Part shown: positions 20,752 through 30,601 of the stretch, piece after piece
Layout of the letters: every line of letters begins with the position of its first letter
How positions within the stretch are numbered: the stretch's first letter is position 1
From: an uncultured Spirochaetota bacterium
Lineage (GTDB): Bacteria > Spirochaetota > Spirochaetia > SZUA-6 > Fen-1364
DNA: 64,000 bases
NCBI GenBank assembly: GCA_963734545.1
Contig: CAVTHO010000007.1
Span: forward strand, 416,001-480,000
Reading direction: 5' to 3'
The notes under the pieces: model-generated
Told to the model about the DNA's origin: nothing
Databases searched by the model: none
The model's input: the letters and a program-made list of their open reading frames with translations, nothing else
Position numbers and translations under genes: made by a program

Positions 20752-21671
20752 AGGTGCCGGCGCGGTTGTCCACGCTCTTCATCAGCGCCCTTTCCCAGTC
20801 GATGTCGGTGGAGCTGATGGAAAAGGTTGCACGGACTGTTATCCCGGACTATGACGTGCACGAGCGCTCGGGGTTTCCTTCCAATATCCCCATGCCGCGG
20901 GCGGACGCGGCGCGGCACATCCTCAAGGATATTACGCAGGAAGGCTACTTCCTCAAGCTCATCGAGGCACTGATCGAGGTCACCTCCCGCGGCGACATGG
21001 GCAGGGAGGTGCGGATACCTCTTCTCTCCCGCATCGTGTCCGAGGTGGAGGACCAGGGCTACAGCTACAGCAGGGAAAAAGGGGTCTTCATAGAAGCGGG
21101 CAAGGGCGCGCGCACAATGGGGTGGGGGACCTTGCGGGAGGGGAGGTCGTACGAGTTCGCTTTGCTCCGCGTGGACATTGCAGGCAATTCAGAGCTCGTC
21201 CGCCGCTATCCGAAGACGCGCATAGACGCCGTGTTCGGGACCCTGAGAGAGCTCGTGACGAGGATCGTGGAAAAACGGGACGGCCGCATCTGGAGCTGGG
21301 AAGGTGACGGCGGACTTGCGGCCTTCTATTTCATGGACAAGACGATCCAGGCCACGCTGTGCGGGATGGAGGTCGTCCATGAGCTCCTGCTGCAGAACCT
21401 GCTCTCCGGGGCGCTCCCGGAGCCTTTGCTTGTGCGGCTCGCCGTGCACGCCGGTCCGTGCCGGTTCCTGGCCTCCGCCAAGGAGTCCGGGGGTGACACC
21501 ATACGCAGGGTGGAAATGCTGGAGTCCGCCTACACAGCACCCGGCAGCCTGACCGTATCGCCGGGGGTTTTCACTGACCTCGGAAGCAAGCTTTCCCCGC
21601 TTTTCGTTGCAGTGCCCGGACCTGACAACAGCAGCGTCTTCAGATACGCCCTGGAGTGGGAGAAGAAATGA
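20748..21671 (+). CDS. Class III nucleotidyl cyclase-like protein with an uncharacterised N-terminal helical domain
   Basis: LRVDIAGNS, WEGDGGLAAF, RLAVHAG, GDTI match the cyclase fold elements. Confidence 0.7.
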   Translation: MKVPARLSTLFISALSQSMSVELMEKVARTVIPDYDVHERSGFPSNIPMPRADAARHILKDITQEGYFLKLIEALIEVTSRGDMGREVRIPLLSRIVSEVEDQGYSYSREKGVFIEAGKGARTMGWGTLREGRSYEFALLRVDIAGNSELVRRYPKTRIDAVFGTLRELVTRIVEKRDGRIWSWEGDGGLAAFYFMDKTIQATLCGMEVVHELLLQNLLSGALPEPLLVRLAVHAGPCRFLASAKESGGDTIRRVEMLESAYTAPGSLTVSPGVFTDLGSKLSPLFVAVPGPDNSSVFRYALEWEKK

Positions 21672-22690
21672 AGGTACTCGTCTTTTCCAGAGCTCCCGCT
21701 GCCATCCTCCGCATGCTTTCGGCCCGTGTGCGGAAAGATATGAATCTCGAAGTATTCTCCCTCTCCGCGCTGCGACAATCCCTCCCTTCCCCTGCGGAGA
21801 CAGCCCTTGTCTACGTGGATGTCCGCGGCCTCAGCGACAAGGAGCGGGGGAAGGCGTTGTCCGAGATCGCGAAGAATCCGAAGGTGTGCTTCGGCGTGCT
21901 CGATCCCATGGGCACCGTGAAGGACATTGCGGCCCTGTTCCATTCAGGCGCGGTGGACTATATCGGGAAGAAGCTCACCCTCGCGGCATTCACTGCGAAG
22001 CGCGCGGCGGCGGTAGCAGAGTACGCGCGCAGCGCCTATGGCGGGCAGGACGGCGCCGGAACGGGGAATGGGGAGACGCCCGAGTCCGTCCCCGCCTCGG
22101 ACGGGTGGCTGGATGTCGTGCCGGGCAGGGAACACCGCTTCGCATTCCTTTTCGTGGAGGTCGATGACGCGGAGGAGCTGAAGAAAAAGCACGAGCCGGA
22201 AAATCTCGCAAACGCCATGGAGACTTTTCGCGGTTTCGTCGAGAGGGTAGTCCAGCAGCACGGCGGCAGGCTCTGGATGTGGGGCCGATTCGGCGGGCTC
22301 GCGCTTTTCCCCCTGCGCAACTCGACGTGCGCGGCTCCGCTGTGCGGACTCCGCATCATCCTGTCGCGCGTATTCTATGACGTCGAAGAATCGCTTCTGC
22401 CGGGGCGCCTTGTTTTCCACATGGCACTCTCCGTAGGAACCACCGTCTATCAGAAAGGCGATACCGGAAGGATCGTCTCGGACGGTGTCAATTCGATCTT
22501 TCATCTGGGCCGCAAATACGCGCAACCGGGGCAGTTCCTGCTCACCGCGGAGGCGAGCGAGCTCGCCCCCTCGGCGCTGCGCGCCTACCTGGTTCCCGCG
22601 GGGTCCTTCGAAGGCAGCCGCATCATGCGCATGCTGCGGCCGCGGCCCTCCCGCGCCGCACGGGCCGGCAGTTCCTCATGGGAGACCTGA
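21668..22690 (+). CDS. Degenerate receiver-like domain plus degenerate class III cyclase-like domain
   Basis: MKVLVFS..LVYVDV..GAVDYIGK (REC-like); FLFVEVDD, GRLWMWGRFGGLALF, IVSDGVNSIFHLG resemble the upstream gene's cyclase domain. Confidence 0.6.
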   Translation: MKVLVFSRAPAAILRMLSARVRKDMNLEVFSLSALRQSLPSPAETALVYVDVRGLSDKERGKALSEIAKNPKVCFGVLDPMGTVKDIAALFHSGAVDYIGKKLTLAAFTAKRAAAVAEYARSAYGGQDGAGTGNGETPESVPASDGWLDVVPGREHRFAFLFVEVDDAEELKKKHEPENLANAMETFRGFVERVVQQHGGRLWMWGRFGGLALFPLRNSTCAAPLCGLRIILSRVFYDVEESLLPGRLVFHMALSVGTTVYQKGDTGRIVSDGVNSIFHLGRKYAQPGQFLLTAEASELAPSALRAYLVPAGSFEGSRIMRMLRPRPSRAARAGSSSWET

Positions 22691-24684
22691 GGGCGCTTCT
22701 GAGAGTGCAGCAGAGGTTTCTGCTGCTCGTCATCCTGTGTCTTGCGTTTACCGCCGTGGCGGGGGTTTTCTTCGTGCGGTCCCTCCTGAAGCCGGAAACA
22801 GGCCTTGTCGGATACTACCCCGAGGTCGAGGTGCAGGGGGACGATGTGGTCTATTCCCCCACCGCGCCCTTCTCCCCTGCCATGATGAGCGGGCTCCTCC
22901 CGGGGAGGGACTCAATTCTCTCCCTGAACGGTGTGCCTGTTGCCGGAAGCCGGGACCTCCTCCGCGCTCTCTCGACGGTAACGCGGTTCGAGCCCGTTCC
23001 CGTCACCGTGCGCAGGGACCGGGATGCCGTGCTGACGCTGCAGCTGCATCCGGTCTTTGTCCCGACCAGGATCGACTGGGCTTTTGTTCTTATCTTCTGC
23101 CTTGCGCTGGCGACCGCTGCATTCACGCTTTCCTGGCGTCTCCCTCAGGAGCCAGGCACCCCGGCCCTCGTGCTGTCCGCGCTCCTCACTCTCCTTTTTA
23201 CGTGCGTGAAACCCTTCGCGTACGAAGGCGTCGTCTCGAATCTGCTCTTCAATCTGGGGAACGTTTCTGCCTGGCTTCTCGTCGTCTTCGCAATGCACTT
23301 TCCGCGGGAGCGCGGCCCGAGGGCGATCCGTGCGGGTGTCGTCTCTCTCCTGCTCGGCCTCTACGCCGTGTTTTGCGCTTTGAGGGTCACCCTGTACGCG
23401 CGATGGATGGCGGGCGGTCTGGAGTCGACGCTCACCGACTACAAGCTCATCGGTCAGATAGGCAACTTCTCGGACGGGGTTTCCTACGCGGTTCTCGCCG
23501 TGCTCCTGGTAACCGCCTACAGAAAGGCCGCCGTTTCCCGTGACCGCACGATGCTGCAGTGGCTGATCGCGGGCATGCTCCTTTCCCTCCCGCCCTACTT
23601 CTTCTTTGATCAGCTTCCGCTGATCATCGGAGGGACGACCATGCGTGTCGGTCTGGGTTCGATTGCGCAGCTTTTTCTGTCCATTCTGCCCGTATTCCTG
23701 ATGATCGGGCTTACGCGCTACCGGGCCTTCAATTTCAGATTCTTCATGAATCGTTACGCCCTCTATGGCACTCTTTTCCTCCTGATGATCACGCTGTTCG
23801 CCGTGCTGTACCTGCCGCTGAGGGCCGCTCTGGAGAGGGGGTACACGGTCGGTGCGCCTCTGCCCGAGCTGTTCGCCGCAGGCACCATCCTGATCATGCT
23901 TGCACTCCTGCGGATCCCGCTCGAATGGCTGATCTCGAGGTGGACATGGCTTGCCCCGCGCGGATTCCCGCGTGCGGCGGCCGACGGCTCCGTGCCCATC
24001 GTGCCGACTCACCGGCGGGAAGAGGGGCAATCGCCGCACGCACGGAAACTCGCGGAGGTGCGCGCGATCATGCGCGGATTCGTCGGCGCCTTGCGCGATC
24101 CCGTCCGCCGGCTGACCCTGCCGCTCCCGCAGAAGGGCACGCGCGAGCAGCAGGAAGCCGGAGCCCTGGTCAGCGACCTTCTGTCCACGCTCGATTCGCT
24201 CGCCGGCTCCGCTTCCACCATCCGCGGCTCAGCGACGGCGGAATCGGTGGCCCTCAGGGCGGTACAGCGCGTGCGAAGTCGTTTCGCGTCCACGGAGTTC
24301 CAGGTCACGGGAGGCTGCTCCGTGCGTCTGACCTGGTATCCGGAGGAGCTCGTCCAGGCTGTGTGCTGCGTGCTGGCAAACGCGGCAGAGGCGCAGGATC
24401 GAGACGCGCACCCGATCGTGGTCGGGGTGTCGTCCGATTCCGAGCGCGTGTGGATTGAAGTGACAGATTGCGGCCCGGGAATCGATCCGAGGGCCCAGCG
24501 AAAGTTGTTCACCCCGTTTTTTACGACCAAGCCCGGCCACCATGGAATCGGACTGTACTTCGCCCGGCTCATAGTCGAGAGAAACCAGGGGACCATCGAA
24601 ATCAGGCCGAGCGAGGCAGGCGGCACGCGCGTGGTGCTCGCATTCCCCCGTGAGGCCGCCGGGGGCTCGAGGGAGACGCCGTGA
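22678..24684 (+). CDS. Polytopic membrane protein with a PDZ-like domain and a histidine-kinase-like ATPase; no H-box His
   Basis: SPA..SGLLPGRDSILSLNG (PDZ-like); many hydrophobic segments; ANAAEA, DCGPGI, FFTTK, GIGL boxes. Confidence 0.75.
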   Translation: MGDLRALLRVQQRFLLLVILCLAFTAVAGVFFVRSLLKPETGLVGYYPEVEVQGDDVVYSPTAPFSPAMMSGLLPGRDSILSLNGVPVAGSRDLLRALSTVTRFEPVPVTVRRDRDAVLTLQLHPVFVPTRIDWAFVLIFCLALATAAFTLSWRLPQEPGTPALVLSALLTLLFTCVKPFAYEGVVSNLLFNLGNVSAWLLVVFAMHFPRERGPRAIRAGVVSLLLGLYAVFCALRVTLYARWMAGGLESTLTDYKLIGQIGNFSDGVSYAVLAVLLVTAYRKAAVSRDRTMLQWLIAGMLLSLPPYFFFDQLPLIIGGTTMRVGLGSIAQLFLSILPVFLMIGLTRYRAFNFRFFMNRYALYGTLFLLMITLFAVLYLPLRAALERGYTVGAPLPELFAAGTILIMLALLRIPLEWLISRWTWLAPRGFPRAAADGSVPIVPTHRREEGQSPHARKLAEVRAIMRGFVGALRDPVRRLTLPLPQKGTREQQEAGALVSDLLSTLDSLAGSASTIRGSATAESVALRAVQRVRSRFASTEFQVTGGCSVRLTWYPEELVQAVCCVLANAAEAQDRDAHPIVVGVSSDSERVWIEVTDCGPGIDPRAQRKLFTPFFTTKPGHHGIGLYFARLIVERNQGTIEIRPSEAGGTRVVLAFPREAAGGSRETP

Positions 24685-25145
24685 GTGAGAGCATCGAGAT
24701 CTGGACCGACGGAGGGTGTCAGGGCAATCCGGGGCCCGGCGGCTGGGCCTACGTGATCAGCTCTGCGCAGGGGACCAGGGAGCGCATGGGGTTCGAGCCT
24801 CTGACGACCAACAACAGGATGGAATTGACCGCGGTGCGTGAAGCACTGAAAGAGCTCTCCGCGAATGCGCGATGGCGCGGGCTCCCCGTCACTATCAGCA
24901 CGGATTCCCAATACGTGCAGAAGGGGATCACCGAATGGATCCACGCGTGGGCCCGCAATGGGTGGAAGACCAGCGCGAAAAAGCCGGTGAAAAATGTCGA
25001 GCTCTGGTCTGAGCTGTGGAATCTCTCCGGAAATCTCCCGCTTCGGTGGATCTGGGTGATGGGACACGCGGGCAACGCGATGAACGAACGCTGCGATTTT
25101 CTCGTCCAGCAGGCAATTGCGCAGGGGCTCAAGCGGCAGGACTGA
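24681..25145 (+). CDS. rnhA: Ribonuclease HI
   Basis: TDGGCQGNPGPGGW, TTNNRMEL, TDSQYV, GHAG..NERCD. Confidence 0.95.
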   Translation: MSESIEIWTDGGCQGNPGPGGWAYVISSAQGTRERMGFEPLTTNNRMELTAVREALKELSANARWRGLPVTISTDSQYVQKGITEWIHAWARNGWKTSAKKPVKNVELWSELWNLSGNLPLRWIWVMGHAGNAMNERCDFLVQQAIAQGLKRQD

Positions 25146-25174
25146 CCTCCCCGTCCATTGGAAGGGGAGGAGAC

Positions 25175-26764
25175 ATGCTCGCTGTCGTCTCGAGCCATGC
25201 CCCCATCGGCATGGAGGGAGAGCTCGTTTCCGTGGAAGTGGACATCCGCCGCGGTCTGCCGGGGATCGACGTGGTCGGCCTTCCGGACGGAGCGGTGCGG
25301 GAATCGAAGGACAGGGTCCGGGTCGCAATTCGCAACAGCGGCTTTTCGTTTCCGCCGGAGAGAATTCTCATATCACTTGCGCCTGCCGGAGTGCGCAAGG
25401 AAGGCGCCTCGTTCGATCTTCCAATCGCGCTCGGAATCCTGGCGGCATCTGGTCAGATCCTGCCAGAAGGCATCGGGTATGCAATGGTGCTCGGAGAGCT
25501 CAACCTGGGCGGCGGGGTCCGTCCGGTCCACGGAGTCCTCTCGGCGGTGGGCACCGGGCTGGCGGCGGGCCTCCGCACCTTTCTCGTGCCAAGGGAGAAT
25601 CTCCGGGAAGCGCGCGCACTGGGGAAAGGGACGGTGGCCGGCATCGGCTCGCTGAGGGAAGCGGCGCTCGCCCTTTCGCAACCGGGAATCGAGAATACCG
25701 GAGCCGTGCCCGGTGTCGGGGAACCTGAGCCTGCGCCTGCGGCGGCGGACTGGTACGAGGGCGGAGACCTTTCTGACATTCGAGGGCATGCACAGCTCAA
25801 AAGGGCGCTCGAGGTGGCAGCGGCGGGAAGACACCATGTGCTGCTGTTCGGGCCCCCGGGCAGCGGGAAGACCATGGCTGCGCGGCGCCTTCCCTCCCTT
25901 CTGCCGCTTCTGGACCGGGAGGAGGCGCTGGCGGTGACCCGCATACACTCCATCGCCGGGGCGCTGCCTGCGGACGCGGGCCTCGTGCAGCGGCCTCCGT
26001 TCCGCATGCCGCACCATACCGCGTCGAGTGAAGGGATCATAGGCGGGGGCAGGCTGCTCAAGCCGGGAGAAGCCTCGCTCGCCCACCATGGCATCCTGTT
26101 CCTGGACGAGGCGCCCGAGTTCGGAATGCGTCTTCTCCAGAGCCTGCGGGAGCCCATCGAGGACGGCTGGATATCGATTGCGCGCGCCGGATCGACCGTG
26201 CGGTACCCCGCGTGTCTTCAGCTTGTGCTCGCCTTCAACCCCTGTCCATGCGGCAACCTCGGCAGGGCACATCACGCCTGTATCTGCAGCCCCACGGAAG
26301 TGCACCGGTACTGGCGGCGCGTCGGCGGCGCTCTGCTGGACAGGATCGACGTGCGCGTTCCCCTTTCTCCGGTCCCTCCTGCAGAAATGTGCGCCCCTGT
26401 CCGGCCCGGCGCATCAGATGAGGCGAGACTGCGCGTCAGGCAGGCCATTGCCCTCCAGAAAAAGAGATTCGCAGGGCTGGGATTCTGCACAAATGGCCGC
26501 ATTCCCGCCGGACTGATGGAGAAATTCTGCCCTCTTGATGAAGAATGTCGGCGCGTGCTCCAGAAAGCCTCGGGTACGCTCGGCGTGTCTTCCCGTGCCT
26601 TTCATTCGATTCTGCGGATGGCACGCACGATAGCGGACCTGGAGGGGGCGGAGAGGATCGCGGAATCGCATCTGCGGGAAGCAATCCAGCACAGGCGGTA
26701 CGGGGATGGGGATTTCTACTGGGTGAAGGCGCGGCGGGAGGGGGCCTCAGGCACCGGAGATTGA
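25175..26764 (+). CDS. YifB/ComM-family Mg-chelatase-like AAA+ ATPase
   Basis: VGLPDGAVRES, GPPGSGKTM, PFRMPHH, LAHHGILFLDE, NPCPCG, LLDRID. Confidence 0.92.
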   Translation: MLAVVSSHAPIGMEGELVSVEVDIRRGLPGIDVVGLPDGAVRESKDRVRVAIRNSGFSFPPERILISLAPAGVRKEGASFDLPIALGILAASGQILPEGIGYAMVLGELNLGGGVRPVHGVLSAVGTGLAAGLRTFLVPRENLREARALGKGTVAGIGSLREAALALSQPGIENTGAVPGVGEPEPAPAAADWYEGGDLSDIRGHAQLKRALEVAAAGRHHVLLFGPPGSGKTMAARRLPSLLPLLDREEALAVTRIHSIAGALPADAGLVQRPPFRMPHHTASSEGIIGGGRLLKPGEASLAHHGILFLDEAPEFGMRLLQSLREPIEDGWISIARAGSTVRYPACLQLVLAFNPCPCGNLGRAHHACICSPTEVHRYWRRVGGALLDRIDVRVPLSPVPPAEMCAPVRPGASDEARLRVRQAIALQKKRFAGLGFCTNGRIPAGLMEKFCPLDEECRRVLQKASGTLGVSSRAFHSILRMARTIADLEGAERIAESHLREAIQHRRYGDGDFYWVKARREGASGTGD

Positions 26765-26824
26765 GATTCCGATATTGAAGGTCGTGCCGAGTTGCGGCTA
26801 TTATTTCACCCAGAGGTGATGACC

Positions 26825-28030
26825 ATGAAACTGTACAGCAGACGACGAGTGATTGTTCTCTGCGCCCTGCTCGTCACGTGCGCGCTTGCCGCAGGCGGGC
26901 TGGTCACAGACCTTCTCATCGTCCCGCGTCAGACGCGGCATGCGGCGGGGTCATCCAGGAGTGAGACACCCCTCTCCGTTACGCCCGTGCAGTTCACCAG
27001 CACCGTTCCCGCGCTCAAATCAGGAGACCTGACCCCGGACGAGCTGAACAATATCCAGATCTACGACAAGGCGAACAAGGCTGTCGTCTATGTGACGACG
27101 GTGACCATGCAGTACACCTGGTTCTACCAGGCCGCTCCCCAGGAAGGGACGGGATCAGGCGTCATCATCGACCAGCAGGGTCATGTCCTTACCAACTACC
27201 ACGTGATCAGCGGCGCGGACAAGATCAGCATTTCCCTCGCCGACGGCACCGTTGCGGACGGGAAGGTCACCGGCACGGACGCGGAAAATGACCTGGCCGT
27301 TGTCCAGTTCAATCCCCGGGGAAAAACGCTGACCACCATACCATTCGGGGATTCCTCGACCCTTCGGGTGGGAATGAAGGTCCTTGCCATCGGCAACCCG
27401 TTCGGCCTGGATCGAACCCTCACAATGGGAATCGTCTCAGGGCTCGCCCGGCCCCTGCAGACCGAAGACGGATTCCTGATCCGGGAGACCATTCAAACGG
27501 ACGCGGCCATCAACCCGGGCAACTCCGGGGGACCTCTCTTGAACTCGCACGGGGATCTCATCGGCATCAATTCCGCCATCAAGTCTCCCAGCGGCGCCTC
27601 CGCCGGCGTGGGGTTCGCAATCCCCGTCAACATCGCCAAGCGCATCGCGGATGAGCTGATCAGGTACGGGGTGGTCAGGCGGGGCTGGATCGACATCGAT
27701 CCCATCCAGCTTTTCCCCCAGCTCGTGGACTACTTCGACCTGCCTGTGCAGAAAGGCGTGCTTGTCAACGCGGCGGGCGCTGCTGCCCAGCAGTCCGGCC
27801 TCCGCGGCGGAGATCAGAACAAGGCGGTGCGGTCGGGGAGAAAGATCATCTATGGCGGCGGGGACATCATCGTCGCGGTCAACGGCCAGCCCGTTGAAGA
27901 GCTGACAGACCTGTACAATGCGCTGGAGAGCACAAAGCCCGGAGAAATCGTGCAGGTAAAAGTCGTGAGGGGAGGCCAGACCAGGACCCTCAATGTGAAG
28001 CTCGTGACCGCCCCGGCGGGCAGCCAATAG
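26825..28030 (+). CDS. Membrane-anchored HtrA/DegP-family serine protease with one PDZ domain
   Basis: N-terminal TM; GSG, TNYHV, DLAV, QTDAAINPGNSGGPL. Confidence 0.92.
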   Translation: MKLYSRRRVIVLCALLVTCALAAGGLVTDLLIVPRQTRHAAGSSRSETPLSVTPVQFTSTVPALKSGDLTPDELNNIQIYDKANKAVVYVTTVTMQYTWFYQAAPQEGTGSGVIIDQQGHVLTNYHVISGADKISISLADGTVADGKVTGTDAENDLAVVQFNPRGKTLTTIPFGDSSTLRVGMKVLAIGNPFGLDRTLTMGIVSGLARPLQTEDGFLIRETIQTDAAINPGNSGGPLLNSHGDLIGINSAIKSPSGASAGVGFAIPVNIAKRIADELIRYGVVRRGWIDIDPIQLFPQLVDYFDLPVQKGVLVNAAGAAAQQSGLRGGDQNKAVRSGRKIIYGGGDIIVAVNGQPVEELTDLYNALESTKPGEIVQVKVVRGGQTRTLNVKLVTAPAGSQ

Positions 28031-28042
28031 CGGACGGCTCCC

Positions 28043-30034
28043 GTGCCGAAGCTCAAGGCGGTGTCAGGTTTCTCCCCGGCGGGAGACCAGGGGCAGGCAA
28101 TCGCACTGCTTGCCAAGGGGGTGAGGGAGAACACCCGATTCCAGACCCTCAAGGGCGTGACAGGGTCCGGCAAGACCTTCACCATGGCCAAGATCATCGA
28201 GGACGCGCAGCTCCCGACGCTCGTGCTGTCGCACAACAAGACTCTGGCGGCCCAGCTCTATCGCGAGTTCAAGGATTTCTTCCCTGAAAACGCCGTGGAG
28301 TACTTCGTGTCCTACTACGACTACTATCAGCCCGAGGCGTATGTGCCGGGCAAGGATCTGTACATCGAGAAGGACGCGTCGATCAACCAGGAGATCGAGC
28401 GCATGCGGCTTTCCGCCACCACGTCGCTCATGGAGCGGCGCGACGTGATCGTGGTCGCGACGGTTTCCTGCATCTACGGATTGGGGAACCCGGAAGATTA
28501 CCGCGAAATGCGCATCGAGCTGAAAAAGGGCGACACGGTGGACATGAGGGAGATCATGCGCCGCCTGGTCTCCCTCCAGTACGAGCGCAATGATGTCGCG
28601 TTCGAGAGGTCGCGGTTCAGGGTGCGCGGCGACGTGCTGGAGATATTCCCTTCCTACGCGCGGGATGCGGTCCGGATCGAGTTCTTCGGTGACGAGATCG
28701 AGAAGATTCGCAAGATCGATCCTCTCTCGGGCGCGGCGGTAGAGGAGATGGAGTTCGCCACCGTCTACCCGGCCAAGTACTTCGTGATGCCCCAGGAGCG
28801 CCTGCGGAACGCGCTTGCCCTGATTCGCGACGAGCTCGCGCAGCGCTACAAGCAGTTCTGTGACGAAGGCAAGCCCCTGGAAGCGGAACGGATCAAGACG
28901 CGTACCGAATATGACCTGGAAATGCTCGAGCAGATGGGCTACTGCTCGGGCATCGAGAACTATTCGCGGCACCTGAGCGGCCGGAAAGAGGGGGAGCGGC
29001 CTGCCGTTCTTCTCGATTTCTTCCCGGAGAAGTTCCTGGCTTTCATCGACGAATCGCATGTCTCCCTGCCGCAGGTGCGCGGCATGTACGAGGGGGACAG
29101 GTCGCGCAAGCTGTCCCTCGTGAAGTACGGTTTCCGGCTGCCCTCGGCGCTGGACAACCGGCCGCTGATCTACAACGAGTTCGAGTCGCTCCTCGACCGC
29201 GCCATATTCGTGTCCGCCACGCCGGGAGAAGAGGAGGCGGCAAAGTCACGCCGGCTCGCCGAGCAGATCATCCGCCCGACGGGGCTCCTGGACCCTCAGC
29301 TGGAAGTGCGCCCGACGGAGGGGCAGATGGAGGACCTCTACCGGGAGATCCAGGTGCAGGTGAAACAAGGCGAGCGGACCCTGGTCACGACTCTCACCAA
29401 GAGGATGGCGGAGGACCTGACGGACTACCTCGGGGAGCTGGGGCTGAAGGTGCGCTACCTCCATTCCGAGATCGAGACGATCGAGCGCGTCGAGATCCTG
29501 AGGGACCTCCGCACGGGCGCCTTCGACGTTCTCGTCGGCATCAACCTGCTGCGCGAGGGATTGGACCTCCCGGAGGTCTCCCTCATCGCCATCCTGGACG
29601 CTGACAAGATCGGATTCCTGCGCTCCGCCACGTCACTCATCCAGACCATCGGCCGCGCGGCGCGGAACGTCAACGGGAGGGTGATCATGTACGCCGACAG
29701 GATGTCGGATGCCATGAAGATCGCCATCCAGGAAACCGGCCGACGGAGGCTGGTCCAGGAGACGTACAACACGGAGCACGGCATCACGCCGACGACCATC
29801 TCAAAGTCCATCCAGGACATCCTGGTCCGCAAACGGGAGGAGAAGCGCAAGTCGGAGGAAGTGAACATCGAGGTGCTCACCAGGAGCTACAATGTCCTTG
29901 TGCCCACGGAGAAGCGCCAGCTCATCCGGGCGCTGGAGGAAGAAATGTTCGAGCTGGCCAAGAACCTCGAATTCGAGCGCGCGGCCGTGGTGAGGGACGA
30001 AATCAGGAAGATCAAGGAAATGTCCTCCACCTGA
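28043..30034 (+). CDS. uvrB: Excinuclease ABC subunit B
   Basis: [45 protein letters not shown]-terminal UVR motif. Confidence 0.97.
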   Translation: MPKLKAVSGFSPAGDQGQAIALLAKGVRENTRFQTLKGVTGSGKTFTMAKIIEDAQLPTLVLSHNKTLAAQLYREFKDFFPENAVEYFVSYYDYYQPEAYVPGKDLYIEKDASINQEIERMRLSATTSLMERRDVIVVATVSCIYGLGNPEDYREMRIELKKGDTVDMREIMRRLVSLQYERNDVAFERSRFRVRGDVLEIFPSYARDAVRIEFFGDEIEKIRKIDPLSGAAVEEMEFATVYPAKYFVMPQERLRNALALIRDELAQRYKQFCDEGKPLEAERIKTRTEYDLEMLEQMGYCSGIENYSRHLSGRKEGERPAVLLDFFPEKFLAFIDESHVSLPQVRGMYEGDRSRKLSLVKYGFRLPSALDNRPLIYNEFESLLDRAIFVSATPGEEEAAKSRRLAEQIIRPTGLLDPQLEVRPTEGQMEDLYREIQVQVKQGERTLVTTLTKRMAEDLTDYLGELGLKVRYLHSEIETIERVEILRDLRTGAFDVLVGINLLREGLDLPEVSLIAILDADKIGFLRSATSLIQTIGRAARNVNGRVIMYADRMSDAMKIAIQETGRRRLVQETYNTEHGITPTTISKSIQDILVRKREEKRKSEEVNIEVLTRSYNVLVPTEKRQLIRALEEEMFELAKNLEFERAAVVRDEIRKIKEMSST

Positions 30035-30086
30035 TGGCGCGGGGAACCGGTTGTCCTGTTGACGAAAATGAGGAATAGTAGAGACC

Positions 30087-30476
30087 GTGAGTGCCCTCAA
30101 AGCTGCTTTCCTGGCGCTCGTGGTTGCTGCGCCCCTGGCTTCGCTCGTCTCCTGTAACCGCTCGAGAGGGACGGAGCGCGTCATCCTGCCTCCCACTCCT
30201 GTCCTCAGCATCAGGTCCACCTGGGCCGTTGTAAAATCGCCCCTGCTGAGGGTGCGGCAGGATCCTACCAACCAGGCCACTGTCCTCTCGCACATCCGGC
30301 TCGGAGCCATTGTCGAGGTGCTCACCAAGTCGGACAAGGAAGAGTCCCTGGAGAACGAGTCCTCCTTCTGGTACCGCATCGACTACCAGGGCCTCAAGGG
30401 ATGGGTCTTTGGCACGTATATCGAGATATTCGACTCACGGGCCAAGGCGGAAAGCTATGCGGTCAAGCTGCAGTGA
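30087..30476 (+). CDS. SH3b-domain lipoprotein
   Basis: Lipobox LVSC; LRVRQDP...WYRI...GWVFG SH3b pattern. Confidence 0.8.
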   Translation: MSALKAAFLALVVAAPLASLVSCNRSRGTERVILPPTPVLSIRSTWAVVKSPLLRVRQDPTNQATVLSHIRLGAIVEVLTKSDKEESLENESSFWYRIDYQGLKGWVFGTYIEIFDSRAKAESYAVKLQ

Positions 30477-30601
30477 GAGCGCGGGAGGGGCTTTTCTCAC
30501 ATTCAAAATGGTCAATCCTGTTTCTTCCTCGGCACACCGCCGCATGAGACGGCGCTGGCATTGACCCCAAACCGATTTTACCGTAGATTGCTGGAACGAC
30601 A

